The notes beneath the pieces are model-generated. The model did not search any database, was not told where the DNA came from, and saw only the letters and a list, made by a program, of their open reading frames with translations. Shown one piece after another: positions 25,507-38,249 of a stretch of DNA of 64,000 bases. The translations under genes were made by a program, and so were the position numbers. Source of the stretch: Octopus bimaculoides (taxonomy: Eukaryota); assembly GCF_001194135.2 (NCBI RefSeq), contig NC_069004.1:12511799-12575798 (forward strand), written 5' to 3'. The first letter of the stretch is position 1, and every line of letters begins with the position of its first letter.

Positions 25507-26620
25507 GTGAGTATAAATCTATTATACTTGACAAAAAACCCCGTAAATATAAAATATTTGATAAAATAATAAGTCGATTTATTGGAATTATTGCAACCGG
25601 ATTATTTCTTTTACAAATATTGTATTTAACGTTTAAAACATTTTTTTGAAGGAATATTTTCGACGAAAAGTAGTAAAATATTTTTCATTCATTTTCTAAC
25701 ACGTGGTTTTATTTATTTATTTTATTTTTAATGATTTAATGGAAGCAATACGTGACGGCAATGCCCTTAACATTTAGTGGGGGTCCCTTTATGATATTAG
25801 GATTGGTATGGTTGATTTTCCAACTGGAACAGCTGTCAATGTATTACAGAAAAAATATGGACAGAATTCCGGTTTAAGCACCCCATGTAACCCTTCATAA
25901 CTCTTATATTTTTTGGGAATTTCCAGAAGATTTTTGAGAACGGGTATTCATACGATTATGGAAAAAAATTTTTTTCGTTTTTTTTAAAACCCTACCCACC
26001 ATTTCATAAATCCCAAAAGTTCCACTCTTTATCGGATTTTTTTTTTGCATAAATCCCAGCACTGGACCACTTTTGGGTGCGTCATCATTCCATTAAATGT
26101 GTTTATGGGGAGAAAAATATTGGGAAACATAAATATATGTCAGAGTGGCAAACAAACGAGGACAGTATCAGGGAGCCATGGGATGTGCTAGAAACAACAG
26201 CTAAATCGTCCTTAAATCACAATTTTTTTTTATACATGCGTATGAATTCTCGAATGTAGAACACAAATTCGCAAAAATTTTCTGAAAATTCCAGAAAAAA
26301 AAAAGAAAAAACGTTATGGGGGATTATCTGGATTTTGATAGAATTTCAGAGAAGACTAACATGCCGATGCATGCCAGCCTCATCCTCCCATGTCACCAAG
26401 GGGAAGGTTATTCATTTGCAGCAGTTCAGCTTCACACTGCATGTTGCTACAGGTGTTGCAATTAGAAGTCAAAAAGCCAGGACCAAATACCACAAGGCAT
26501 CTTATCTGAACATCTAACACTGGTCACTTCACCATCCTGAATTGACCCTTTCCTCACCTCTCCAAAAGGGTGCAAAGGGAAAGTTGACTTCGGCTGGATT
26601 TGAACTCAGTGGGTAGAGTG

Positions 26621-26720
26621 TTCTCACCTGTGTTCAGCTCTGGTTATTTCTCACCTGTATTCAGCTCTGGTTATAATTCTCACTTGTGTTCAATTCTGGT
26701 CATTTCTCACCTGTGTTCAC
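26621..26720. repeat. ~27-bp minisatellite, about 4 units
   Basis: ttctcacctgtgttcagctctggttat repeated with variants. Confidence 0.85.
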
Positions 26721-27553
26721 ATCCCCCCTCCCCAGTACTTTATAAGTCACCTAATTTGTCATCAGCACAATTTGTATTGAGTTTGCAGACTAACACCTAC
26801 AAGAAAAAACGTGAGCTGGAATAATTCTCTCTTTCAAGTTCTTTCATTATTCTATCCCCACTTGTACTTCACCCGACTTAATTCCCTTCCCCCAATTTCC
26901 GTACCTCACTGTACTAAATTCCCGCCTCCTGTACCTTATCCTATCAAATCCCTACTGTGACTCTCTAAACCTGTGGTTCTCAACCTTTTTAATATCCAGC
27001 CAGACCCAAAACCTGGTTTTTGTTTTGGAGGCTGCACCAAAAAAGGTAAAACTAAGAAAAATTTACTTTTATAGAAGAAAGACCATTGGGTGGGGCCACC
27101 AAAAGGATACTTGGTGGGTGCTTGCAGCCTTAAGAGCCACAGTCAAGAACTGCTACTCTAAACATTCTTCTCTTTAGGACTGCAATCCTCTAGAATTTCT
27201 TTGCTCATATTTTCCCCTTCAAACATTATAACACCATCATCATCCTTTAATGTCTGTTTTCCATGCAAGCAATGGGCTGGGCAGTTTGACCAGAGCTGAC
27301 AAGCAATAGAGCTATACTAGGTTCCAGTCTGATTTAGCTTGGTTTCTACAGCTGGATGCCCTTCCAACTACTTTACAATGTGTGCTGGGTGAATCCTGGC
27401 TGAATAGAAACCCTATTGCCTTCACTTATGTAAGAGGGCCCAGTGTTCCTTTTTTTTTTTTTTTTTGTACTAAAATATTAAAATAAAATCAATACAGAAT
27501 CGCTGTGCACTTTTTCATGTTTGTAACAAAACAACTTCTTTTGGAATTTCCAG

Positions 27554-27746
27554 ATTCCCCAAAGATGCCATTCAACGACAATGTTGGCTGCTCCAAATGA
27601 AACGAGAGAATTACTGGCCTTCAGAGACATCTGTGTTATGTTCCAACCACTTTGAACCTGACTGCTTTGACCAAATTGGTCAAACGACTCAGCTAAGAAA
27701 GGATGCAGTCCCCACCATATTTAAAACTACAAATAATCTTAAAAAG
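27554..27746 (+). CDS. THAP-C2H2-BTB protein exon 2 (THAP C-half)
   Basis: FPKDAIQRQCWLLQMKRENYWPSETSVLCSNHFEPDCF…LRKDAVPTIF; conserved P, W, CxxH, F and AVPTIF box. Confidence 0.95.
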
Positions 27747-27894
27747 GTAATGTTATTTCATCTTATCACTCTACATCGGTTTTCCCATCAGCACCATCAA
27801 AGCCATCATTGTTTTAACGTCTATTTTTACATCCTGACATGGGTCTGCTGTGCAGGTTACTGTTACTCATCTTCATTTTTTTAATTTTTATCAT

Positions 27895-28122
27895 CTCAAT
27901 CGTGGCCGTTGCCAGTATCGCCTGACTGGCCTTCGTGCCAGTGACACATAAAAGCACCTACTACACTCTCGGAGTGGTTGGCGTTAGGAAGGGCATCCAG
28001 CTGTAGAAACTCTGCCAAATCAGATTGGAGCCTGGTGTAGCCTTCGAGTTCCACCAGTCCTCAGTCAAATCGTCCAACCCATGCTAGCATGGAAAGCGGA
28101 TGTTAAACGATGATGATGATGA
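27895..28122 (+). mobile_element. RTE LINE 3' UTR remnant ending in (GAT)n
   Basis: …ggaagggcatccagctgtagaaac…ccatgctagcatggaaagcgg…gatgatgat. Copies at ~22940(-), 27236(-), 30700-31125(+), 34768(-), 36150(+), 42794(-), 54030(-), 55355(-), 57440-57890(+), 60717(+). Confidence 0.8.
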
Positions 28123-29466
28123 TTTCAACTCTGGAGTTCTCTAGCCTGAGATCTGATCACATGCAGTGTCCTCTTTCTTCATGCCACATGTGGCACTATT
28201 AAGTGTCTACTTAATCCTTTCCTACATGTTAAACAAGGTCACTTCTCAGATGATGCTGGGTTTTTGTCGTGCACTTTAAAGAAGATCCGAGGAAACTATG
28301 AATAACGACAATGTAACTTCAGCTTCACTAATAATAATAATAATAATAAACCTTAGAAATACTCTACAATCTAGATGTATTGTAAAAGTCAGCATTATTT
28401 GTAACTGCATGCACATTGCATAAAGTACTGTCTGTCTGGGGTCCTTGTTGTGACTTGACAAACAGTACAAACCCCCTGTAGACACAATATCTTCAATCAA
28501 CAACCTCACGATATTGTATACTGTGTGATGTCTATAATAATAATAATAATGGTGATGATGATGATGATGATGATTTCAAATTTGTCACAAGGGCAGCGAT
28601 TTGGGGGCAGGGGGGGATAAGTCAATTACATTGATCCCCAGTGTTCAACTGGTATTTATTTTATCAACTCCGAAAGGACGAAAGGCAATGACAATGCTTC
28701 CATGGTGCCACGATAAAATTCTTGCAGTGTATTCTGTAAAGTGGCAGGTTATAGGAACCATGCCAAAATTGGAATGTGAGAGTAAAACAACAGAGCAGTA
28801 ACACCAAATAAGAACCGATTTGAATGATGGTGGTTGTCCAACCCATGCCAGCATGGAAAAGTGGACATAAAACAATGACGATGATGATGATTTATTATTA
28901 TTATTAATGAAGGCAGAAAGCTGACAGAATCATTAGCACGCCAGGCGTTCTTGAGTACAGTAATGTGCCACATATTTCTGTCCCCTGTCATCTCCTTCGT
29001 AACACTCAGCCTTTTGTGATCGGCCTTCAAAACTTTTTTTAAGTTAGGAAGGTGTGATACAAGGCAGATTTTGCTGCTATTTCTAGCAGACACTTAATAG
29101 TGCCACATAGAAATAGCAGCAAAATTTGTCATATAAGTTTCCTCTTTGCAGTTATTCATGCATTGACTGGCCTTCAAACCTTTGTCCTGGTGAGGTGGGG
29201 CTTCTATACATTTCTGTCTACCAAATCCAATCCCAAGGCTTTGGTCAGCCAGGGCTACAGTAGAAGATGCTTGTCCAAGGGTGTCACGCAGTGGGACTGA
29301 ACCCAGAACCATGTGGTTGGGAAGTAAACTTCTTACCACACAGCCACTCCTGCACCTAAGGAAAGGCTGTGAGTCTTTTATGCTATCAAAAACAGTCCAT
29401 AATTTTAATGTTGTGCAATTAAATTTCATAGTGTATTATTCATTGTTTTATATTTTTGTGTTGCAG

Positions 29467-29578
29467 CTTTCCACATCCATCCAGCCAATGTTGAAAGGAG
29501 GACTTTACAAATGCAACAAGTGTAAATACTCAACAGACAAAAAACCAAACTGGTACAAACATAGGAACAAACATTTAG
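29467..29578 (+). CDS. THAP-C2H2-BTB protein exon 3 (C2H2 finger 1)
   Basis: LSTSIQPMLKGGLYKCNKCKYSTDKKPNWYKHRNKHL; C-x2-C-x12-H-x3-H; ttgcag/gtagg. Confidence 0.88.
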
Positions 29579-31756
29579 GTAGGTGAACAGATTTCTATTT
29601 AATAGCTTAATGCCATTGCTTGTCTCACACACACACACACACACAGAGACACACTCACACAAACACACACTCCAAACTATACACATGCATGCATACTATT
29701 GAAGACATCGCAGGATGTGTTGAATGACTGCAAAGAGTAAACCTATATGACAGATTTTGCTGCTATTTCTATGCGGCATTATTAAGTGTCTGCTAGAAAT
29801 AGCAGCAAAATCTGCCTTGTATCACACCTTCCTAACTTTAAAAAAAATCACTTCAGGATAATGTATTCTAAGATACAGTCATCATCATCATCATCGTCAT
29901 CATCATTTAACGTCCGTTTTTCATGCTGGCATGGGTTGGACCATTAAACCCAGAAGAAAATGGGATTATTACAGCTGGAATATCTTTGATTACCTGAACA
30001 GGTGCGTGGTGTGCAACGTGAAACGAAGTGTGTCTAGGAATTGAAATGTGATCGCGAGTGTAACACCTTCACCATTGAACCACTCACCTTCATATGTGTG
30101 TGTGTGTGTGCATGTATACATGTATGTATGTAGTTGTCTGGTCTGTGTGATTACAAAGTCCAATTTGCAACCTTGTTGTTTGGGGTTTGGACCCAGTGCA
30201 CTGCTCCTTTGTATATCTTCTGTTGTCCCAGGCTGATTAATGCCATGTAGAGGAATTTGGTAGGCATTTCAACTGTGTGGTCTCAAGTTCAATCCCACTA
30301 CATGACACTTTGGGCAAGTTCCTTCTACCATGGCCTCAGGCAAAAGGAACTGGTAGAGTAAGTACCAAACTTAAAAATAATAAATACTGAGGTTGACTCA
30401 TTAAACTAAAACTCTTCAAGGTGGTACCCCAGCATGGCCGCAGTCTGAAACAAATGAAAGATAAAATATCATAAGGAATCTGGTCCACAAGTCCATGGCC
30501 TGGGATTGGTATTTCATTATTGACCCTAGGAGGATGAAAGGTAAAAGTTGGCCTTGATGGGATTTGAACACAGAGCTGAGACAATTGGAGCAAATACTGC
30601 AAGGCTTTCGCAGTCCAATACTCTACTGACTGTTCCAAATCATCTCAAATTGTGTCCACTTCCACAATACTGCTTACATCTGTCCTAACAGTGTCAATCT
30701 CTAATTGTAGAGGAACATGTGGAAGGGACAGACCTAGGACAACATGGGATGAAGTGGTGAGAAAGGATCTTCAGATGTTGGACCCCACAGAGGGGATGAC
30801 AAAGGAACCAAAACTCCTAGAAGTTTCCTGTGCTTGAGAAGATATGTCAAACTAAGTAAAATTGTGGTTGTCCTTGTATCCCTCTTCAGCTGAACATTCC
30901 TAATTTTGCAGGCTCATGGGTGTTGGCGCTGCACAAAAAGCACTCATACTGGTACCATGTAGAAGCACCCAGTACACTCTGTAAAGTGGTTGGCATTAGG
31001 AAGGGCATCCAGCCGTAGAAATCATGCCAAAGCAGACATGGAGCCCAGGCAGCTCTTCAGCTGGCCAGCTCCTGTCAAACCGTCCAACCCATGCCAGCAT
31101 GGAAAATGGATGCTAAATGATGCTGAAGAGGGGGAGGGTGAAGAATACCCTGTTCCATGACTGTGTAACCAAATTTTAATTCTTTTTTTTTTGTCTTTGG
31201 TCAGTAAGTGTTATTTCGTATTTGCTTCTATCTAGAAATCAAATTATTCTCTTCAAACTTTGCTTTTGCCACCTGGACATCAATGTTTTGAAAACTGGCC
31301 TATTTTCCATTACATTTCAGACAGATTCAGCACTGAGTTGCTGAAGCAGAAATATCATTATAACAAATATTCTACTCAATATCACAGATTTGCTTGTCAG
31401 TTGCTTGATTGTAACCACTTGAGGATGCCCCTTAGTGGCTGACAATATGTGCATCTGATATGAGCAGGAGTAGTTGGGGAGTACCATAGCCATGAGTTGA
31501 GAGGAATTCTTTGGGGTTTGAATAAATGTAACAAAAGTAAAGTTTGAAGGCATTATTAGCCATTTTACATAGTTTTTAGGGGCAAGCAAATAGAAAATTA
31601 CAGTTGCTACCCAAGGATAAAAATTGTTTTAATGATGTGACTTATTGAAAATATTGATTTAAGTTGATATTTCTGACTTAATAAGCTTTTTTAACGAGGA
31701 GTTTCAAACTGCAGTGTTTTCTGAAATGCTGCTAATATATTTGGTTTATCATTCAG

Positions 31757-31926
31757 GTTTACGACGCCACTGTTGTACAGAATGTAACTACAAAGCAACG
31801 ACAAGCAGCAACCTCAAGCGCCACCTGGCAATCCATGCAGATCTTAGGGAGTTCAAATGTCCCTTTTGTTTAAATTTCTTTCGCCAAAAGATTCACCTGG
31901 ACAAACATATACTCTATAAACATGAG
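31757..31926 (+). CDS. THAP-C2H2-BTB protein exon 4 (C2H2 fingers 2-3)
   Basis: GLRRHCCTECNYKATTSSNLKRHLAIHADLREFKCPFCLNFFRQKIHLDKHILYKHE; attcag/gtaact. Confidence 0.93.
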
Positions 31927-33061
31927 GTAACTAAAAATATTGTTTCAAAGAATTTTATTTCCTGGCACAAAGCCACCTCCTTCATCAAATGTCTATTTTC
32001 CATGCTGGCATGGGTTGGACAGTTTGACAGGAGTTAAACAGCCAGAGAGCTGCCCAAGCTCTGTTTGTCTATTTTGGCTTAGTATCTAAAGTAGGATGCA
32101 CTTCATAATACCAACCACTTTGCAGAGTGTGCTGGGTGCCTTTTACGTAAGTGCTTTTTATGTGAAACTGGCATGAATACTTTTTACATGACATCGGCAT
32201 GAATGTTTCTTACATGGCGCCAGCAAGACAGCCTTTATGTGGTGCTAGCACAAGTTCTTTTTACATGGTGCCAACACAAGTGCTCTTTACATGGCACCAA
32301 CACAAGTGCTTTGTACATGGTACCACTTTTTATGTGGCGTCAGCACGAGTGCCTTATGTATACCACCAGCACACGTGCTTTTTATATGACATCATGGAGG
32401 TTTTCTCCTGTAAGTTGAGGCTACATTCTGGAGCACCACCTTGAGGGGTTTTAGTCAAAGAAATTGATCCCAAGACTTGTCTCTTTTGCCAAACTGCTAA
32501 GTTACAGGGATGTAAACACACCAACACTGGTTGTCAAGCGGTGATGGAGGGACAAATAAAGACACAAGACATGCATACATACATATGCATACATATATCA
32601 CAGGCTTCTTTCAGTTTCCTATTTCTTTACTGCCCACAAGGGGCTACACACAGAGGGGACAAACAAGGACAGACAAACGGATTAAGTCGATTATATTGAC
32701 CCCAGTGCGTAACTGTTACTTATTTAATCGACCTCGAAAGGATGAAAGGCAAAGTCGACCTCGGCGGAATTTGAACTCAGAATGTAGCGGCAGACGAAAT
32801 ACCGCTAAGCATTTCACCTGGCATGCTAACGATTCTGCCAGCTCGCCGCCTTTCAGTTTCTGTCTACCAAATCCACTGACAAGGCTTTGGTCAGCCTGAG
32901 GCTATAGTAAAAGACACCTGCCCAAAGTGCCACACAGCAGGGCTGGACCCAGAACCATGTGATTGGAAAGCAAGCTTCTTACCACACAGCCATGCCTGTA
33001 ATGATTTTTATAAATTACACTATCACTAATTAACATGTTTACATATTCTTTTCTTTCTCAG

Positions 33062-33207
33062 CGCAAAAGACCAAAGTTGGACCTGACCAGAGTATTAAGC
33101 CGTGAAGCACTGAAAAAGGTTTCCTCTCCTAAAGTTAACACAAAAGATTCTCAGCTAAATACTGACCTTTACAATCAAGACAGAATCCTTAAACCAATTC
33201 AGATCTG
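33062..33207 (+). CDS. THAP-C2H2-BTB protein exon 5 (NLS-like linker)
   Basis: tttctcag/RKRPKLDLTRVLSREALKK…KPIQI/gtaact; phase 0 to 2, closes the frame to exon 6. Confidence 0.78.
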
Positions 33208-33267
33208 GTAACTTTATATTTCTTTAACCCCTTTAGCATAAAGGTTACTTTATCAAATGTAGTGTAT

Positions 33268-33590
33268 TTGATGGCCTATAAGACACACGAATGCATAGGA
33301 CACACCCTAGCCTAGGCTATACTTTCGTAAAATAAATTACCACTAAAATAATGTTTTAATTCTTCCACTTTCCTGTATAACTTTATGTTATTACCGGTAA
33401 TTATAAGCAATTTATTGCATCTACATTCAATATAAACATACTGTAGGCGATTGTTCACCTATAGATGGCAGCACATGTTTTGTAAACATACATACCGTTT
33501 TGAGCCTACATTAAGTGCATTGGATGCAGGGAGATTTTTTAAGCCATTTTGGGGTAAAAAAAGGTGTGTCTTATAGGCCATCGAATATGG
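33268..33590. mobile_element. pogo/Tc2-like MITE
   Basis: Inverted repeats gatggcctataagacac / gtgtcttataggccatc; boundaries approximate. Confidence 0.5.
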
Positions 33591-33620
33591 TAATTCTTAC
33601 TGATTGACATTGTTTTGAAT

Positions 33621-33981
33621 TGTTGGCACTCTGTCGAGGATTCCAGTTGATTCGATCAACGGAACAGCCTGCTCGTGAAATTAACGTGCAAGTGGCTGAG
33701 CACTCCACAGACACGTGTACCCTTAACGTAGTTCTCGGGGATATTCAGCGTGACACAGTGTGACCCTTTGAATTACAGGCACAACAGAAACAGGAAGTAA
33801 GAGTGAGAGAAAGTTGTGGTGAAAGAGTACAGCAGGGTTCGCCACCATCCCCTGCTGGAGCCTCATGGAGCTTTAGGTGTTTTCACTCAATAAACACTCA
33901 CAATGCCCGGTCTGGGAATCGAAACCGCGATCCTATGACCGTGAATCCGCTGCCCTAACCACTGGGCCATTGCGCCTCCAC
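33621..33981 (-). mobile_element. tRNA-derived SINE family C
   Basis: Head gtggaggcgcaatggcccagtggttagggcagcg…ggtttcgattccc. Further copies at 42063-42447(-) and 62858-63241(+, 13-bp TSD agttgtttgagca at 62845-62857 and 63242-63254). Confidence 0.88.
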
Positions 33982-34189
33982 ATTGTCAGATGGTAAACAT
34001 AAACAAAAGTGCTCTCTCCAGGACAACTGGATGTAGTTTGGAGGAGATTTGGCTGTTATGTTTAGCAAGTCAAAATGACCACAATCAACTTGTTGGTTCA
34101 TAATTATTTTGTTGCTTATTTTTCTCTTTATTTCAACTTAGTTGTCTTTTATGGAAAATAGGAACATTAATTTTGTGATTTATTTGAAG

Positions 34190-34496
34190 GGAGATTCCTG
34201 AAAATCCAGTTCCATTATCCGATGGTAAAGACGATCAGCAATGTTCCCAACAGGAACTTGAGTTTTCCGAACCAAAACCACAATACTCACAAAATAATCA
34301 GCAATATCCCCAGCAGGAACTTCGATATTCTCAACAAGATGATGCTGTTCCTACAATGGTCTATGTTCCACCACGCTCCAAGAAAGTCCATATTGTCTCT
34401 GAGCATCAGTACCATGTCATGGAAAGTTTGGCACAGCTCTGGAAGAAAGGCAAATTGTGTGATGCTGCCATCGGAAATGGAAGTTCTGTGTTGATG
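34190..34496 (+). CDS. THAP-C2H2-BTB protein exon 6 (Q-rich linker + BTB N-terminus)
   Basis: …HQYHVMESLAQLWKKGKLCDAAIGNGSSVLM/gtgagt matches the BTB start H…L..L…G.LCD. Confidence 0.9.
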
Positions 34497-37088
34497 GTGA
34501 GTCTCGACTGTTTTCAATTTTTTTTTTTTTCTCTTTTACTTGTTTTTGTCATTGGACTGTGGCCATGCTGGGGCACCACCATGAAGAATTTTTAGTCAAA
34601 TGTATCGACCTCAGGGCTTATTATATCTGCTTTATGGTACTTATTCTATTGGCCTCTTTTGCCCTACTGCTAAGTTATGGGGATGTAAACAAACCAACAT
34701 TGGTGGTAGGGGACAAATACAGACACAAAGACACACACTCACATATATATATATATATATATATATATCATCATCGTTTAACGTCCGTTTTCCATGCTAG
34801 CATGGGTTGGACGATTTGACTGAGGACTGGCAAGCCAGAAGGCTACACCAGGCTCCAATCTTATCTGGCAGAGTTTCTACAGCTGGATGCCCTTCCTAAT
34901 GCCAACCACTCCGAGAATGTAATGGGTGCTTTTACGTGCCACCGGCACGAGGGCCAGTCACACAGTACTGGCAACGGCTACACTCATACAAGAGACTTCT
35001 TTCAGTTTCCATCTGCCAAATCCACTCACAAGGCTTTGGTCAGCCAGGAGCTATAATAGAAGTCACCCAAGGTGCCATGGACTGAGCCCAGAACCATATG
35101 GTTAGGAAGCAAACTTCTTGCTACACCTCTGGTACAAATTGAAACAGTTTAACCAAACTGTCAAAATTTAGGATATGTTTGCATTTTTTAACATTTCATT
35201 AATTTGTAGTGGTCATTTCATGATGAATTTAAATGTTTGTGGGCAATATTCAGTGATCTACATGCTTCTTGGTCAGCTTGACCATGTTATATGGTGTGAC
35301 AAACTGGGTTACATCATGTTTCAGTAGCTCCATATTTCACTGGGCAGGTGAAATTAACGACTGTCTCTAATTAATTGACTAAAACAAATTGCACCTGTCC
35401 AGGATTAAGCCCAGATAGTGACAGCTAAAGAACAAATATATTAGTATTTTAAACTATTAGTAGAGTGACTGACATATGTAGCTTTCCGTGTATTGTCTGC
35501 AAATATTAATCATTTAGCATTCAGATTTCTTTGTCAAATGTATTGCTTGTTTATTCACATTGTTTTGAATTAATCATGTATTGTAGCTTCATGATTTCAA
35601 TGGTGTGTTTGTATATTTTTAGAATGACATTGTAGGGCAGTTAGCTGCCTCTAGCGGTCAAGTGTCCATCATTGACAAAACCAAACAAGGTTGAAATCAA
35701 TGTGATCTGGTGGTCTTGGCGCTGGAGGTAGCAGGGATTCATCTCCCCATTAGTGATACAAACAAAAGTGCATTTTGCCCCAAAAGCCAATATGAGAGTT
35801 TCTCTCATGGTATCTACCACAGTATAGTTTGTTCTAACAGAACATCGACATTTAAGTGGGGATTACTTCTCGGTATTAATACTGCCTCTGTTGCTAATAT
35901 ATATTGTAAGGTAGGTGTGACAGGTTGGATCTGCTCGGTTTTAATATGATAGAATATTTGGGCTGGATATGGGGTTAAAGGTCACTTTAACCCTTTATCA
36001 CCACTCTTAAATATTAACACTCACATACATGCACACACACACACACACACACACTCTATTTAGCCAAGGAAGCTTTTTCTTTCTTCCTGTTGGGCCTCAC
36101 GGAGGCAGTGATAAGTGACTGAGACCTTTGGCAATATACCATGCTAGAGAAGACCTGTCAAGCCAAGTGAGAACATAGTCATGGCCGATGCCTGTGTCGC
36201 GTAACTGGCGCCCGTGCTGGTGGCATGTAAAAAGCACCCACTTCACTCTTGGAGTGGTTGGTGTTAGGAAGGGCATCCAGCTGTAGAAACCATGCCAAAT
36301 CAGAACGGAACCTGGTGCAGCTCCCAGCTTACCAATTTTCCGTCAAACTATCCAACCCATGCCAGCATGGAAAGCAGATGTTAAACGATGATTATGATGT
36401 TCTTTTCTTTTGTCATGTGACCTCACTAGTGCTGATGGCACAAAAGAAAAAAACAAAAACACCCACTGGTTGGTGTTAGGAAGAGCGTCCGACTAGAAAC
36501 TATGTCAAACCTGACATTGAAGCTTGATGCAGCCCTGCAGCTCATTTGATCCTGCCAAAACATCCACCCCATGTGTTTAACCCTTTAATATTCAGATTTT
36601 TCTGTCAGATCTAAAACTTCTTCATTCATATTATTTTAAACTAATTATGCATTATGTTGTAGCTTTGAGATTTTGATGATGTGATTGTTTGTCTTTAGAA
36701 GGACATTCTTTGGTCAGTGTGAGAAGCCAGATTTGGCTGGTTTGAGCATAAAACTATAAGAATATCTTGGCCGGATATAACCAGTTTAAATGCTAAAGGG
36801 TTAAATTTATTTTGAGAATTATCAAGAAATTTTCAGGATTTAGTAAAAAAAAAAACCTTTCATTATTGAACATGTGTTTGGAACATGATACAAAATTATA
36901 CTGGAAAGTTTTAATTTAAATATAACCCATCTTAACAGTGGCATTTTTCTATCACAGAACCAGAGAAAAGATCAAACAGTTTGGTATCAAACAAAAGGTT
37001 AGCATGAGATAAATATTACAACATTTTCATCTTTCACGTCTATTTTAATTATTTTAAACCTATTTAACTCTACAATCTTCATTTGCAG

Positions 37089-38249
37089 GTTCACAAGATC
37101 GTCTTACTTGCTGTCTGTCCGAAGCTACTTTCAACCGTTGACACGTACTACAACCAGTTCCTTATGGTCAACCTACCCCAAACTGTGAGCAATGAAGCTC
37201 TCAATGCTTTTGCAGAATACATTTACAAGGGTCACTTAAACCTGGACCCAGATTTGCTGAATCAGTTAAGGACAATAGCATTATGTTTAGAAATTGATGA
37301 TTTGAAGCAATTATGTGATTCAGAAAGTGATTCGTCTTCCTCTCAGGTCCAGCTCCCTAACAGTAAGAAACCCTCTGATCCAGCACCTGACACAATAACT
37401 CTTACATTTTATCCGCCACAAACGCAACAGTCAACAGAGAATGAAGTTAATTTATCAAATTCCTTTTTTGTTTCCAGCCATAATCTTCAATCAGTTACGA
37501 AATCGCAAGCCAATGTTACAATTAAGAAAGAAATGACCCCAGGCAGAGCACAATTGACTCGTTTCCCATCTCAAAAAGACCTGGTTGAACGAAAAAGTAG
37601 CGCAAATCATCTGGTCAGTGTAGGAAGATCGGAGGTAAGAGATATTTACGAACATTTTCAGAATAACGATTTAGTTAGCACATCGATTGCTGTCTGTGAT
37701 GAACAGGACTTGACGTCTCACACCAAATCGACACCTCTCGATGTCAATCTACAACAGTATAGTTATATCCCTTTAAACGATCGCTCTCAAGTCCCAACAG
37801 AACCCACTTCATCCCTTCGTGATGCAGCAGGTAATAATTTTCCTCAAGTAAATCAACAGGAACTACCTTTAGAATCTGTAGTTAAAATGGAACCGGTTAT
37901 CATTGAAGACGATTCAGACGATGATTCTCTCTTACCGTCGCCATCTTCTACTTTCATGGATTCGTCTCATATCTCTTCTTCCAGACCCATGGATGACAGC
38001 TTATCAGAAATAATCACCACCAACTGTTCAACTAACCTGAGTGACTCAATAGCAAACAATCATTGCCAAGAGGGCAATAATTCCCCGAGTGTTCATTTAT
38101 CTCATATTGCTGTTAACAGTCGGCATAAAGGAGATTCCTTTTTGAATCCTGAAATATTTCGGTATAACCATCAAATTGAAAGACATTTTACATCGAAAGA
38201 GATTAATTCAACACTGAATGAAGAAATCTACACTAAAGATTTTAGATAA
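37089..38249 (+). CDS. THAP-C2H2-BTB protein terminal exon 7 (BTB remainder + S/D-rich tail)
   Basis: tttgcag/VHKIVLLAVCPKLL…VSNEALNAFAEYIYKGHLNL…LEIDDLKQLC. Summed exons give 2157 nt = 718 aa + stop. Confidence 0.93.
   Translation, partial: VHKIVLLAVCPKLLSTVDTYYNQFLMVNLPQTVSNEALNAFAEYIYKGHLNLDPDLLNQLRTIALCLEIDDLKQLCDSESDSSSSQVQLPNSKKPSDPAPDTITLTFYPPQTQQSTENEVNLSNSFFVSSHNLQSVTKSQANVTIKKEMTPGRAQLTRFPSQKDLVERKSSANHLVSVGRSEVRDIYEHFQNNDLVSTSIAVCDEQDLTSHTKSTPLDVNLQQYSYIPLNDRSQVPTEPTSSLRDAAGNNFPQVNQQELPLESVVKMEPVIIEDDSDDDSLLPSPSSTFMDSSHISSSRPMDDSLSEIITTNCSTNLSDSIANNHCQEGNNSPSVHLSHIAVNSRHKGDSFLNPEIFRYNHQIERHFTSKEINSTLNEEIYTKDFR

Noticed and set aside
32140-32400. Regularly spaced ~31-33 bp repeats (also ~54520-54660 and ~57640-57730), superficially CRISPR-like
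   Set aside because: Degenerate minisatellite expansion of an RTE 3' UTR motif (gtgcttttacatggcaccagcac); no constant repeat with unique spacers, no cas genes, eukaryotic context
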